NCBI GenBank assembly: GCA_002269645.1
Contig: NIVC01000069.1
Coordinates: 248,001-312,000, forward strand
DNA from: Macrostomum lignano
Lineage: Eukaryota
Reading direction: 5' to 3'
Length of the DNA stretch: 64,000 nt
Part shown: piece after piece, positions 11,503 to 25,222 of the stretch
How positions within the stretch are numbered: position 1 is the stretch's first letter
Layout of the letters: each line of letters starts with the position of its first letter
Program-made: the position numbers and the translations under genes
Notes under the pieces: generated by a model
Told to the model about the DNA's origin: nothing
Databases searched by the model: none
What the model saw: only the letters and a program-made list of their open reading frames with translations

Positions 11503-13190
11503 TCATATACCTAAAGTTGAGTTTGTTTGTCTGTGCGCGTCACGTTTCCGGGCGAACGGCTGGTCCGCCGTCCGTGGGACCTGTACCATTCGATGGCACA
11601 TCTTTCTGGGACAATGTGGCATGTTTCAAATCGCCTTAATGTTGACAGGGAGCTTGGCAAATGTGGGAAAAACTGTATTTTTCCTATCTCCTTAGTGCAT
11701 TCTAGCAACCAAAGTCATAAAAGCAAGTTGCAGTTAAAAGCAACAAAAAACGAGACCCCAGCAACCAAAGCACGAGACCGTAGCAACCAAAATCAAAAAT
11801 ACCCTAGCAACCAAAATACGAGACCCTAGCAACCAATTCGAAGACCCTAGCAACCAATTCGAAGACCCTAGCAACCAATCCGAGGACCCTAGCAACCAAT
11901 TCAAGGACCCTAGCAACCAATCCGAGGACCCTAGCAACCAATCCGAGGACCCTAGCAACCAATTCGAGGACCCTAGCAACCAATCCGAGGACCCTAGCAA
12001 CCAATTCGAAGACCCTAGCAACCAATTCGAGGACCCTAGCAACCAATCCGAGGACCATAGCAACCAATCCGAGGACCCTAGCAACCAATTCGAGGACCCT
12101 AGCAACCAATTCGAAGACCCTAGCAACCAATCCGAGGACCCTAGCAACCAATTCGAGGACCCTAGCAACCAATTCGAAGACCCTAGCAACCAATTCGAGG
12201 ACCCTAGCAACCAATTCAAGGACCCTAGCAACCAATCCGAGGACCCTAGCAACCAATTCGAGGACCCTAGCAACCAATCCGAGGACCCTAGCAACCAATT
12301 CGAGGACCCTAGCAACCAATCCGAGGACCCTAGCAACCAATTCGAGGACCCTAGCAACCAATTCGAGGACCCTAGCAACCAATTCGAAGACCCTAGCAAC
12401 CAATCCGAGGACCCTAGCAACCAATCCGAGGACCCTAGCAACCAATTCGAAGACCCTAGCAACCAATTCGAGGACCCTAGCAACCAATCCGAGGACCCTA
12501 GCAACCAATTCGAGGACCCTAGCAACCAATTCGAGGACCCTAGCAACCAATTCGAGGACCCTAGCAACCAATTCAAGGACCCTAGCAACCAATCCGAGGA
12601 CCCTAGCAACCAATTCGAAGACCCTAGCAACCAATCCGAAGACCCTAGCAACCAATTCGAGGACCCTAGCAACCAATTCGAGGACCATAGCAACCAATTC
12701 GAGGACCCTAGCAACCAATTCGAAAACCCTAGCAACCAATTCGAGGACCTTAGCAACCAATTCGAAGACCCTAGCAACCAATTCGAGGACCCTAGCAACC
12801 AATTCGAGGACCCTAGCAACCAATCCGAGGACCCTAGCAACCAATCGAGGACCCTAGCAACCAATTCGAAGACCCTAGCAACCAATTCGAGGACCCTAGC
12901 AACCAATTCGAAGACCCTAGCAACCAATTCGAGGACCCTAACAACCAATCCGAAGACCCTAGCAACCAATTCGAGGACCCTAGCAACCAATTCGAGGACC
13001 CTAGCAACCAATTCGAGGACCCTAGCAACCAATTCGAAGACCCTAGCAACCAATTCGAGGACCCTAGCAACCAATCCGAGGACCCTAGCAACCCGATTTC
13101 TTTGGTTTCTTTGGCTATACATAAAAATTTTTTGCAAATAAGTACAAGATGTGAAAGTCACACTACACAGCATTTCAGTATTATTTTAAG
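11503..13190 (+). mobile_element. Second Helitron-like element (5' end plus internal minisatellite); 3' end not identified
   Basis: Starts TCATATACCTAAAGTTGAGTTTGTTTGTCTGTGCGCGTCACGTTTCCGGGCGAACGGCTGGTCCG, a typical Helitron 5' pattern, immediately after the first element's CTAG. Right boundary is arbitrary. Confidence 0.55.
11802..13093. repeat. 21-bp minisatellite (ccctagcaaccaattcgagga), ~60 copies
   Basis: Read directly; degenerate precursor units from ~11700; explains the LVARVLE and WLLGSSN ORFs. Confidence 0.95.
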
Positions 13191-13798
13191 TATACTTTTT
13201 TGCGATTGAATTCGTCCAAACTGCAAAACCTTTCGTCCACTAACGCTTTCTTAATGGGAGCTAAATTTAGATTATACCATAGACAACTGTGTTCACGCAA
13301 AACGGTTCATCCAGTTTGTAAAACATTTCTTCTTCTTCGTCCATCTGCTGATGGTAACTTCTCGATCAATGCGCCCGGTTTGAACGTAGGTGTCGACAAT
13401 CGTTTTGGCTGTCTTTCTCTTGATCCCAAGGATATCGGCCAGTTGTTTCCAATCGCGGCCTTCTTCAACAGCCAAGGCTAATCGCCTGCGGTCTTCGTTT
13501 GACACTGGATGGTAGGGGCCTCGGTTCATCTTCGACTGTTTTGCCGGGTTCAGAATGGAAGATATGCGTTGCTGTAGCTGTAGTGGTAGCAAAAGCGAAC
13601 TGTCAATTGGGTGTTAACTATGGTAGGAACAGTACACTCGGTCTCTAGTCTAGGGGATGAAATGTTTTACAAACTGGATGAGCCGTTTTGCGTGAACACA
13701 GTTGTCTATGGTATGATCTAAATTTAGCTCCCACTAAGAAAGCATTTGTGGACGAAAGGTTTTGCAGTTTGGACGAATTCAATCGCAAAAAAAGTATA
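13191..13798 (-). mobile_element. Tc1/IS630-like deletion derivative with ~140-bp TIRs
   Basis: TATACTTTTTTGCG...CGCAAAAAAAGTATA ends; ~13191-13330 inverted at ~13660-13798; minus ORF MNRGPYHPVSNEDRRRLALAVEEGRDWKQLADILGIKRKTAKTIV..TGR is an N-terminal transposase-type HTH. Confidence 0.8.
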
Positions 13799-15018
13799 TT
13801 TCCGTTGCATTGTCTATTGCGATTTGTTATCGAATTTTAATAATATCAATTAAAATTATGTTGGCTCACATACTGTAAGACTAGGATTCCGAGGATTTGC
13901 ATCCCATAGATTGGAATTTTTCACGGATGGGACAATTTAATGGGGGAGTTCTGCAATAGATTAGAATTTTCCGTGGATGGGACACTTTAAGCGGGGGGTT
14001 CTGCTAGAGCTAACTATAATTCCCGCAATCGAAACGTGTATAGGGTGACCCACGTTGTCTGTCGCTATTTTGCATCCCAGCTTATCCGCAGTTCATTGAC
14101 ATTCGACAAAATCATTCTTAAAACATCGAAATAATGTCAACATACTCTGAGATCGACGAAGAAAAGCTTTCTTTGTCTGATATGCCTGACGAGTTGTTAA
14201 AAAAGGTTCGATGGGTAAGTGAAATTGTCACGTTTTTGCATCCGAAGTACAACATAATTCCTTTGACAGCTCTCTATAAGCTTTTAATTCAACATCTAGC
14301 CTAATTTTATTTGTTATGAAGGTGAAATTTAGCAATTTACGTTTGTTTCTATGGCTGTCTACAAAAAATTAATTTTTTTATTAATATTTTAGCATTTCAA
14401 TTAAGATTCGCATGTGTTAACGAAAGTAGTTGACCATCACCGTTTAGTGTGACTATGCCAGCTCGTAACACTTTAAAACCACAAAAGCACTATCAAAACA
14501 ATCGATATGCAGTATTAAGATGCGTTTTTTGGAGATTTTAAATGCTGTAAATGCTTTCGAACAGTTCAGTTTTTTCAATAACTTCCTGTACACGTACATA
14601 GCACAGTGCACAGTACGTACATCCCTATACTGTACGTTGACTATTACTTTGCTACTCCATCAAATGAAAATGAAAAGTACTTTTTTACACGATAAATTAT
14701 CTGCTTTTCGAAGTTTCTAAGCCTTTATATAGATTATATAGGTAAATTAGTTCTCCCTTTTTTGGCTTGAATGATTTAGTTTGATCCCCATGTCACGTAG
14801 CCCTGTATCCTACAGGGGTATGCGGCAGTATGGTTAGCGAATAGCTTTAAAGTATGTAAAGCAAATCAATAGTTAAATCCATATTAACAACTTTACTTGT
14901 CTATTTTGTAAAATAAAATTACCCCGAGTGCTGTCAATGAGTTGTAGAGTTGTAAATTGTTCATTCTGATCGCTGCAATCTGCAGCTTTAAGTTATGAAA
15001 TTTACTTAAGCTTTTAAT

Positions 15019-15575
15019 ACCTGTATAACTTTCGCCGACACATTTTCAGACAGATCTTTCGACACTTTTTACAACACTTAAAATGTCGGAAAAAGTGTCG
15101 TAACAGTTAACTTTTGCCGACACATTTTCAGACAGATCTTCCGACACTTTACGACACTTAAAATGTCGCAAAAAGTGTCGAAAAAAGTGTCGTAACAGTT
15201 GACATTCACCGACACATATTTTCCGACACTTAAATTAATGCTGCAAAAAGTGTCTGAAAATTAAGTGTCGTACAGTTAAATTCTGCCGACACATCTTCCG
15301 ACACTTAAAATGTCGCTTCTTAGAGCTAGGTGATGTACATGTAGCTCGTACTATTCATGTAAGCTTACATGTATGTTTGTTAAGTACGCACTACACAGCA
15401 GCCTGCAGTGCACGTTTCAATTGTGTTGCGCGTCATTTAATTACATTAATCGATATACATATGTACATGTAAAAGTTGGCGTTTTATTTAGACTACAAAC
15501 AGTATGTATTGTAAATGAAAGGCATGATATTTTCAGTGTTAAATATATTTGCAGCCAAATTAATACAAAATGCTA
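15019..15575 (+). repeat. Left long TIR with modular CCGACAC/GTGTCG subrepeats
   Basis: Near-perfect reverse complement of 30462-31015. Confidence 0.9.
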
Positions 15576-17189
15576 GCTATATAATTATTACTACGTAAAT
15601 ACGTAATACTAAATTCCAGTGAAGTCAGAATATCAGATACTCGTAGTACGGCACTCCAAAGTAATCCGAATCGAAAGCTCGATCTTATAAATGAGTCCAA
15701 TTTACGTTACGGATACTAACTTTTTCGAAATACTTTGTGCATATGTAGCTACATGTACTGGCACTGTCCGAGCTGGCTGACTACTAGGTGCAGTGCGCGC
15801 CTTTGTTTTTAGCGTAAACTGTTAAAACTTTACTGAGAATTTCGATTTTTATTACAGCGCTTTACACATTTTAAGCGAAATTGGAAACCACTTGTTGTTC
15901 GTCCACCACGGACGACGTGCAATTAAAGGAAGGACAGTGTGTGATTAATTCAACTCCCTAGAAGCTTGGCATTTTGGCAAGAATCGCTGGCGATTTAGTC
16001 ACTCCTAAATTGGGCCTAGTGAGGTAAAGGAGATGATCGTCTACAACTAGGTTGAGCAGTTTGAAGCACAGTCCAAATTTTGCTGATTTGCCCTGGTCGG
16101 GCCACAGATGTGCTCTAGGCTCCAATGCTCTCGCTGATCGAATTCTCGATATCCTGAATGAGGACTATTGGCTATGCAGACCGACTGGACACCAGGAGCA
16201 CAACACTGAAAAGCCAACGTTTCTGTCAATCACCCTGCGTGTCTCTTTCCATCGTTTCCCATTGAGATAGTATGAATTAGTTGAACTAGTTTATTAAATG
16301 AAATGATTCTCGCACCATAAAATAGAGCGATAAAGCCGCTTTCCAACAACAGCAAGATTACGATAGTATTTTAACCGCATTTAAAAGTATATAAGTCATA
16401 ACACCCATCGTAGCAGTGAGAGAAACATACCAATTACCAACCATATTTAAATGCTAATTAAGTGCTGGTAATTTGTCGCTACGTATACGATTTAGTAAAA
16501 GCAAAAATAGCACCAAAGGTAAATACGAGTATACACAACTACAAATACACAGTAATACACAAACCACTCGAGTATACGAGTATTTACCTTAAGCTGAATA
16601 TGTTTAAATGTATACATAGAAGCAAGGGCAATGAAATGCACGGGTATCAAATTTAGTGTGTATTGCCAAAAACTTGGCTAAAGTTTAGACAGCTTTGGTA
16701 AAAAGTTTGAAAGAAATAAAATAATGTGGCTGCGAATGAAAAGAATCGAAAAAAAAGACAACAACAATTGAAAAAACTGGCAACAAATATAAAGACCTCT
16801 CTTGAGAGGTTGGGATTGGGACACACCGCAAGTACGTATCCAACTGCACTGACAAAACACACAGAAATATGACATTCATATTTTTGCACCGATAATCAGG
16901 AGACCCACACTAAACCACAGAGGAAAAAACTGTGACATCCATCCCGAAATTCAGATAGTTGGTTGGAGATGTGTTTAGAAGATGCGCTGTGCACTATGCA
17001 TTATTTTACGTTTGCAGCCCATATAAGCTTTATCTATTGGCTGCACTTGGTCAATAATAAAGACGCAGCTGTGCACCAGGCTCTTATCAAGCCCGGCAGT
17101 TATTTAAGAGTACAAGCGCACACAAACCCTAGGCATTCTTCTCGAATCGTTCGTTCCCCTCCCTCTAACCAACTCATCCCTTTGGACCA

Positions 17190-18605
17190 TAGACTGCGCA
17201 TATAGTCGGGATCCCAAAGAAACCAGGTTCTGTCAAGGTCGAAGAACATCGCGGTATTTTGCTAATGTCCTGCACAGCTAAGCTACTTAACAGAGTTCTG
17301 CTGTCGCGGCTGCAGCCAGTGCTGGACCCGTTCCTTCGGCGCGAGCAGAACGGATTCCGGCCAGGCAGAGGCACCGTGACCCGATTTCTGGCTCTGCATC
17401 GATTTCTAGAAGAGGCCCGCATCCACCAGTCGACCATTATCTGCATCTTCGTAGACTTCCTGAAGGCCTTTGACTCGGTGTCGAGGCGGTTCATCGCGAA
17501 CATCCTACGCGCGTATCATGTACCTGAGCAGCTGGTGACGGCTGTGTTAGCTCTGTACCAGGAGACGGGCGGAAGTTGTGATTGTGACACCGGATGGCCT
17601 TTCCGACTTTTGCGACACGTCTTCCGGCGTTCTCCAAGGCTCCGTCATGGAGCCTTGGCTCCATCTGTTCGTCCTGGTCTGGGTACTGCGCCCTGGCCTT
17701 CCTGACGACTCCAAAGGATTCTTGCTCTGCCGCAGAACAAGCAGGCGGCACCCCGAGAAGCGACTCTCCGTCCTAGCGTACGCGGACGACCTAGCGCTGC
17801 TGTCTAGCACAGCTGAAGGAGCTCAACGCCTGCTAGACCACCTGACGGCGGCGGCCGCTTCCATCAGACTGTCCGTGAATACCAAAAAGACAATGGTGCT
17901 GACCGTGCCGACGGACCTCCCAGCTGAGATCTACTGCCGCTATACTAACGGGCAGGTGGCGTTGTTGCCCTGCTGCAGAGTTCGTCTACCTCGGCGGTCT
18001 GGTGCCAAGCATCACGGACGACACGGCATGGCGCAGGGCGCTTGCCTGGGGCGCATTCCGCACCATGCGGACTGTCCTGCAGAGCCCCCCGCTGCCGGAT
18101 CGGCTGAGAGGGCGGCTGTTCCAGGCGGTCATTGAAACCGTCCTCCTTTACAACGCTGAAACTTGGACACTGAACGGCCCGCAGGAGCGGCAACTCGACG
18201 CCGCTCACGCTGGACTCCTGAGAGCCACCTTCCGTGTCCACTACTCCGTGCCGCCACCTCTAACACCAGCAATGACGAGCTATACCGACGGGCCCAGCTC
18301 TCCCGACCCAGCCAGCTGCTGCGCATCCGGCGCATACTGCTGATTGGCCACGTCATCCGGGCAGAGCAGTATTGCCCTGAGCCGCTTAAGGACATGCTGC
18401 TGCTATCCCTTTAAGGGCATCGGCGGCTTGGTCAGACGAGAAGTCTGCGTTTCGTCGACCTGCTTTTAAGAGACGCTGAAATCGCTGACCCTCGCGGACT
18501 TGCTGTTCTGCCTAAATCTGCGCTTGCGCGCGCCTTTTGACAGCAACCCAACTTGGCTTGCCCAGGGTTGCTGTAGTTTCTTGTTGTTGTTGATGTTGTT
18601 TAAGC
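17190..18605 (+). mobile_element. 5'-truncated, frameshifted RTE-like LINE
   Basis: RT motifs EQNGFRPGRGT, FVDFLKAFDSV, GVLQG, LAYADDLAL and LFQAVIETVLLYNAETWTL spread over several frames; (TTG)n-like tail at ~18580-18600. Confidence 0.85.
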
Positions 18606-18703
18606 GAGTTTTTTTTAACGATCGAGACAGTCATTGTCAGAAAACAGGATTATACTGGGGTCCAGTGCCTCCGCCAATTACGAAAAGTAATTGGGGTAAC
18701 TAG

Positions 18704-19305
18704 GTGTGCCTCAGCCAGGTGTGCCTCCGCCAGGTGTGCCTACGCCAGGTGCCTTTGTCAAGTGCCTCCGCCAGGTGTGCCATTGCCAGGTGTGCCTCCG
18801 CCAGATGTGCCTCTGCCAGGTGCCTCAGCCAGGTGTGCCTCCGCCAGCTGTGCCTCCGCCAGGTGTGCCTCCGCCAGGTGTGCCTTCGCCAGGTGTGCCT
18901 CCGCCAGGTGCCTCAGCCAGGTGTGCCTCCGCCAGGTGTGCCTTCGCCAGGTGTGCCTTCGCCAGGTGCCTCCGCCAGTGTGCCTTCGCCAGGTGTACCT
19001 CCGCCAGGTGTGCCCCCACCAGCTGTGCCTCAGCCAGGTGTGCCTCCGTCAGGTATGCCTTCGCCAGGTGTGCCTCCGCCAGGTGCCTCCGCCAGGTGTG
19101 CCTCCGCCAGGTGCCTCAGCCAGGTGTGCCTCCGCAAGGTGTGCCTTCGCCAGGTGTGCCTCCGCCAGGTGCCTCAGCCAGGTGTGCCTCCGCCAGGTGT
19201 GCCTCCGCAAGGTGTGCGTCCGCCAGGTGTGCCTTCGCCAGGTGCCTCAGCCAGGTGTGCCTCCGCCAGGTGTGCCTCCGCAAGGTGTGCCTTCGCCAGG
19301 TGTGG
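18704..19305. repeat. 15-bp GC-rich minisatellite (ccaggtgtgcctccg) with shorter variants
   Basis: Read directly; gives PPPGV, CLRQV and ARCAS ORFs in all three plus frames. Confidence 0.92.
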
Positions 19306-22000
19306 TATTGGGCATATAAGTATATACAAAAAACATTCTTTATTGCAATTACTTTTGGGAATTTATTGCAATTTTTTCAACAATTTTTAATATATTTTAT
19401 ACACTATTAATAAGACCTTAAATTATTACCTATAAAGAAAAGACAAAAAGGCAAATGAATAGCTATATACTATATATAAAAAAATTCTAGACTTAATCTT
19501 GCATAGGTCATGCCAATGCCTATGGCTATGATATCAAAAAACTTTGCTCTTAAAAGGAAATTAGGTCAAAGTGCTTCATTTTGATGAATATATAGATTTT
19601 AAGTATAAATAATATATTTTAACTAGTAAGAAATAAAATTTGCACTTTGATTATAAATTGGTAACTATATTTAAATAAAAACCTATTTTACAAATATATT
19701 GCAATCCTATTATTACGGCTAAAGATTCCAAAGAAACTTATTTTGAAAGTAATTTTAATTTCAAATCCCAAACCTTAGTTGCCTAAATAAAAGTATACTG
19801 CATTTCAAAAAAAAAATTAGACAATTATAATCATATATTTTGGTACCTAAGTATTTATTGTAGGAGATAAAATTAGTTAATAAACAATAAAACTATTTGG
19901 CTAAGAATGTTGAATGTTAAAACTTTGAATTATACTTTTCTAATTTTCTATATTCAACTTTTCATTTTCTTAGTGAAGCATAGGCCATGTGCTCATGTGC
20001 ACATGTGCTAACATATGTGTGAATTTCTAAGACATGCCAGGTACAATCTACAAAATAGGCCTAGAAACTTAAAAATTTTTAAATTTGAAGTTAAACTTAA
20101 TTCTTAAAGCAAGTTATTCATTTTATATAAGAGTTCTAAGAATAGTTTCTTAAAGTTACTACTAATATAATTACTATACAGCATTTAAACATTTATTAAG
20201 CCTATATAATTTTTTTTTAATTTTATTATTTCTATGAACTTATGTATGATAAATTAATTTAGCATCTTGGCTAATAAAAATATTTGTTTCTACTTGGAGA
20301 TAACTAAGCTAGCCCAGTAGCCTATAGAGAAGACAACAGATTTTGTCAAAGTTTTAATTTAACGAAACATTAATAAGGATATAAGAAAGGTCTTAAGAAT
20401 CTAGAATATTCTCACTAAACAAATAGATAGGCCTACCTGTATTAGCAATTTAACTAGACAAATAGGCTTAGCAAAAAAGCTATTTGTCTAGTCAGCAGAC
20501 AAATAAAAACTGCCATTTTTAATTCTTAAATAGCCATTCTATAAAAAAGATATACTTATTCCTAGGCCTAATCCTAATACAATGCATTGCAACTTTTCTC
20601 CAACAAAAACTAGATGTATTCATCATTTTAAAATAAGTTCTTTTCTAGGCCTAATAAAAATATATTTTTCCTTCTTCAATAATTCTTCATTAGCATTTTA
20701 GTCTCTGTAGTTTCCTGGGCTAGATAAGCCTATAAATTTGCAAACAACTTTTTCAACTTTGTCTTTGGATGACTGTAAGTCAAAGGACAGTCAGTAAGGA
20801 GTAGCCCAGAGTAGGCCCCTGGGAATAGAGTAGGGACCCTGGCATTGCCCTTACTAAAATGATAAAATCCCTATCTATAGTTTAAGTTCATAGTTCATAA
20901 GTTCAAGGTCATATTCAACAGTGAACTCTATCTCTGCCTTCGATTAATTATTCGTATCGTAACTGACAGCTTCCATCCAAGTTCGTTTTTTCAATAGATG
21001 TTTTTCAACGGATGTTTCTTTGAAATTTTGCAATAAACAAAACTACGCTTAGAAAAACTTACATCCCGATTTAATTATTTTAGTCTTTTTGCATGCCTCG
21101 CAATATTTATTTATGAAAAATTAGCTTTGCTAGAAATGTAGCTATACTTTATCTTTTCTTCTCAAAAAGTTGTTTCGTCTGCCGGCAGCCGAACAGGCGC
21201 CAGATGAAATGACCGAGCACCGAAATTTTAAGACAAAATATATGCGCTAAACGCTAAACGAACTTTGGCTTCCATTTTTAATTCTTTTAGAGATATTTAT
21301 CTTTTTTGTATTTGATCGAAAACAGCATAATCTTGTGAACGTATTTAGTTTAAAAAGTAGTATAAATTAGTATAATTAGTAGTATAAAGAAGAAAATCAT
21401 ATTATCCAAATTTACATTTACATTGGAATAAATTGCACATTGAAATCTGTGATGCGGACCGTTTAAAAAGGGGCCATGCGGCGTGAAGCAATTAACAGAA
21501 ATTATAGCGCAGTATAATAAACTACTTTTGTGGGCCCAATATGATTCGATCATATACAATTTAACACATTTTGTAAAAATATAAATATAATGACAAAAAT
21601 TAAGTCCCGGGATTCAGGACCCCAAATCCCGGGACTGGAAATCCAGGGATTGCAATCCCCATGTACGTATTTTCGCTTAGATTCACAAAATTTTGTTATA
21701 ACATACAAAAAAAGAGCTGGGAGCTATATACATATATATATGTAATATAGTAAGTTTTAAATTGACCTAAAGTTTAATTGTGTCGCTTTAGATACACATG
21801 TATGAAAACGTACATGTTTAAACACAGCTGTTGGTGGGTAATATAATACTGCAGTGGTCCATGGTGTTAGGGTTACATGCACGATGCACCCTCTATTATA
21901 CTATAATGCCCTAGAGACACATAATGCAAAAATAATGCATTTTTAATGGGGATTATATTCCCATTAAATGCCATTAAATGGGAATGTAATCCAATTATAA

Positions 22001-22165
<165 letters not shown>

Positions 22166-22870
22166 TGAATTGTTTGCCTGTCGTCCTGTGTAAGTAACGA
22201 TGGTTTATGAAAAACAGGTCATGCAATTTTTTATTTATTGAAATTCAGCAGTTTTGTAATTAAAACAATTAAAATCATAATTTTGCCAACTTATTATAAG
22301 AGAGCTGCAACAACGAATTGAAAATGCAAATAAGATCTTTGACTTCTTAATTCATAGAGTTAATAAGCAAAGTGGAGTTAAAAATGGTGACGATATCAAT
22401 ACAAAGCAAAGAGGTGCAGCACTGCAGAAACATTTATGAAACTATGAGATCTGAAATATGCTACAATTCCACATTAAATAAGAGACTGCAGAACATAATT
22501 TTTTTATATAACTCGTATTGTACGTGTCGGGTGCAGGTATTTCATAGTTGTCAGAGCTACAAGTCATTATTGTCCACAATAGATCGCGGCTGAAGATCGG
22601 GTACCCTAATATGATCCTAACAATTTTTTGGGCATTGGGGGCCGTGTTTGGAGTCTGGAGTGCCTTTGTTGTTAGGGGTGCCTAAAGGGTTCTTTAGGTC
22701 GATTTTTAGAGTAGTTTACGACAATTTTAAAGGTGGCTTTTGGGCGACTTTAAGGATCATTAAAGGCGATCTTTAGTCACTGATTGATGACATAACTGAC
22801 GCTATCCATTCTGAATGAACTATTTAGTAGTGAAAGTTCACGATTGACTACACGAAGAGCTGCAGATTTT

Positions 22871-25222
22871 TTAATCGTGTTCAGATTCTTCAAGAAGTGG
22901 CAAAATACAAAAAGAGCCATTAGGGAGGCCAGAGAAAGAAATGTCAATTTTGATGCAACGGGAAGCTACATCAGACATGCTTACATTTTCGGTGGTGTGT
23001 AGAAGGACGGATGAGAAAACAAAGATATTGCTAAGGGGAATATTCGATCGCAAAAATGCTACGAGCTCAGAATTCATCAACGGAGGGTTAGGGCACCTCA
23101 AATCGAATAAACATTCCAACAAGGTACAATGCTTGTCAAGGCGGTGGCACATAATATGAGAGTCCGCAAACTCTTTAACTGCGAAATACATGCCGGCAGT
23201 GGTTTTAACAAATGAGCTGCATGTCTTGAGGCATGCATCGCTTGCAACTGAGCGTAAAACGTTTCCTTTCGTGGAGTGCCCATTTGGCTTTTTCGAATAG
23301 TCAGGTGCAATGGCATAAAGCGCATCTTGAATTTGCAAGCTGGAAGCAGCTGTCGATTGAAGGGAATAAAAAAGTTGCTTGAGCCAAAAAAAGTTTTCGC
23401 TTATCTGCAGAGCATGAAATCGACTGCCAAAGTGCAGGCGATTGAAAGAATGCATAGCAGATTCAAATGGGAACATGGAAGCAGCATACACTGGACCGAA
23501 CCGAGCATACTGGTCTGGCAAATGACGGAGTAAGTGAAAATTTAAAAGCAGAATTCGTTCTGAGAAAAAAGTTGGTGCGAGTTTTAAAAACAGATTGCTC
23601 AGTCGTGTCATTGTGGGGACGCATGAATTGAAAGAATAAAGCAATGTATAAATTGAATGAAGCAGAAGAAGGAATCATTTAAATTCGCTGCAGTTAATTC
23701 GTGGCAAGATAATTACAGGTAGAATATACAAAGCAAACACTTTGTATGTTTTTGCTTTCCACAGAGAGAGCTTCGTTATTGATGGAATAGTAGAAATCCC
23801 TTGAGGCAGCTTCAGAAGCGAAAGAGAATTATTAATAGCATGCAGAGATGAAGATCCTAACATATATTTTTTATCACCGACTTTTGCGTCCGTAAGGAAA
23901 GAAAGAATATGCTTTACTTGACCCTCCCACATGCAGTGCATAGAGTCGATAATAAAATCGTCAGGAAATCGGATAATTCGAAGTAAAGCAGTTTCGCACT
24001 TGATACCAAAATAGCTCTTGAGACCTTGTACTTTTAAAACATTTAGATGGTGTAAATGCATTGAATAAGTTCGCAAAGGAATTGTAATAACGTTAGGAAA
24101 AATCCGAACACTGCCCCTCTCAGACACTGTCATTCGCTTTCCAGCAAGCAAACACCTAGGGCAGGCAAATTCCCCGTTAAACTGCTTAATGCCGAATTAA
24201 TGGGACAGAGCTGGCAAATCACAGGTAAAAAAGGAAAAGTGGAGAATGAATTTTACATTACGAACAATAACAAAAGATGGTAAGGTGTTGAGAATAAAGG
24301 GTAAGTACGGTTCAAAGCTTCGCTTTCCACGTTTAGCAAGGAGAGCAATAGTAATTATATTAACAAATTTTTGACGCAGTCGAACGGGTAGATTGAGGCA
24401 TATAGCACAAAAGGGCCATATAGACATGTCAGACGCTTTAAAGAAATTGGCACCATCGGCAGAAAGAAGAAAGTACAAATGAAATTCAGATTCAGAGAAA
24501 CTTGTCACCAGCTCACTTGCTACTGCAGAGTTAAGCACGTCAGTTCTAAAACGACGACGCAGCTCCTGTTGGTACGAAAAAAGCTTATGAAAGTACTTTT
24601 CAATGGTAAGTTCGATTTGATACTGTACGTTCAAAAGCCAGATTCCTTGAAAATAGTCTGCTGGATGCTCGGTACAATTTAGCGCTAAGCAAATTAGACA
24701 GACGCTTTCTACAATGTCGGATCTAAAAGAAAATGAGCGACGAAGGGTTGTCTTCATGGTGCTGTATGATGCAGGAAATGAACTGCCAGGAGCCGCAATA
24801 CGCTGGAAGAGAAGTAGGCCGTTGATGGCCTTCTTTGAAACACAGGAAAGAAGCATCCATAGTCTTAAAAGGGCGCACGTTGTCTCTAGATTCAGCCCAC
24901 CTCGTCCAAAAATAGACCTGTAGGATTGGGCTGACTGACTGTCATCCGTTTCAGGTCTACCGTCGAGATTTTCAACGATGACTTTGTCCACAGTGCTGGA
25001 CACACCAGTACAGGAGGCTGAAAGCGGTGATGGTGAACCAGAGGAACTCGTCGAACTGTATTCGTTAATCGAAGTTTCATACTCCGAATCTAGGCTCGAG
25101 TCAGTTTCGGCAGTAGACGATACAGATGACATGCTGTCACCAGAGTGGCTCATTGCTCTTGATCGAGAAGTGAACGCTGTAAGTGTCATGTTTGCTATAT
25201 AATAGTGAACATTAGTCGACAT
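22871..25222 (-). pseudogene. EnSpm-type DDE transposase (783 codons) with two in-frame stops
   Basis: ADGANFF..SIWP....NLP..LR, CDLPA, KQFNGEFACPRC, DSMHCMWEGQVK, WKAKTYKVFALY, NFHLLRHL...FGP...SMFPFES. The three listed ORFs share one frame, separated only by TAA (24197-9) and TGA (23675-7). Confidence 0.88.

Noticed and set aside
11734-13173. 479-aa and 346-aa repetitive ORFs; array superficially CRISPR-like
   Set aside because: Contiguous 21-bp units with no unique spacers, no cas genes, eukaryotic context.
14134-14214. Exon 1 of the AP-4-like gene
   Set aside because: It ends in phase 0, while the bHLH frame of exon 31068 needs phase 2, and the peptide does not resemble AP-4.
13800-15009. 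3' end of the second Helitron
   Set aside because: The CTAG sites (~13882, ~14004, ~14297) lack a preceding GC hairpin, and the hairpin CCCTGTA-TCC-TACAGGG (~14800) is not followed by CTAG.
15780-16412. Very old mariner remnant (LKHSPNFADLP; end resembling ...CCCATCGTA; shared TAAAGCCGCTTTCCA)
   Set aside because: The similarity is short and no matching left end was found; too weak to list.
18704-19410. Proline-rich (PPPGV) protein ORFs
   Set aside because: All three plus frames are open because of the 15-bp repeat; no splice or homology support.
21600-21661. hAT-like terminal motif (ATCCCGGGA repeats, GGGATTGCAATCCC)
   Set aside because: No partner end or TSD was found.
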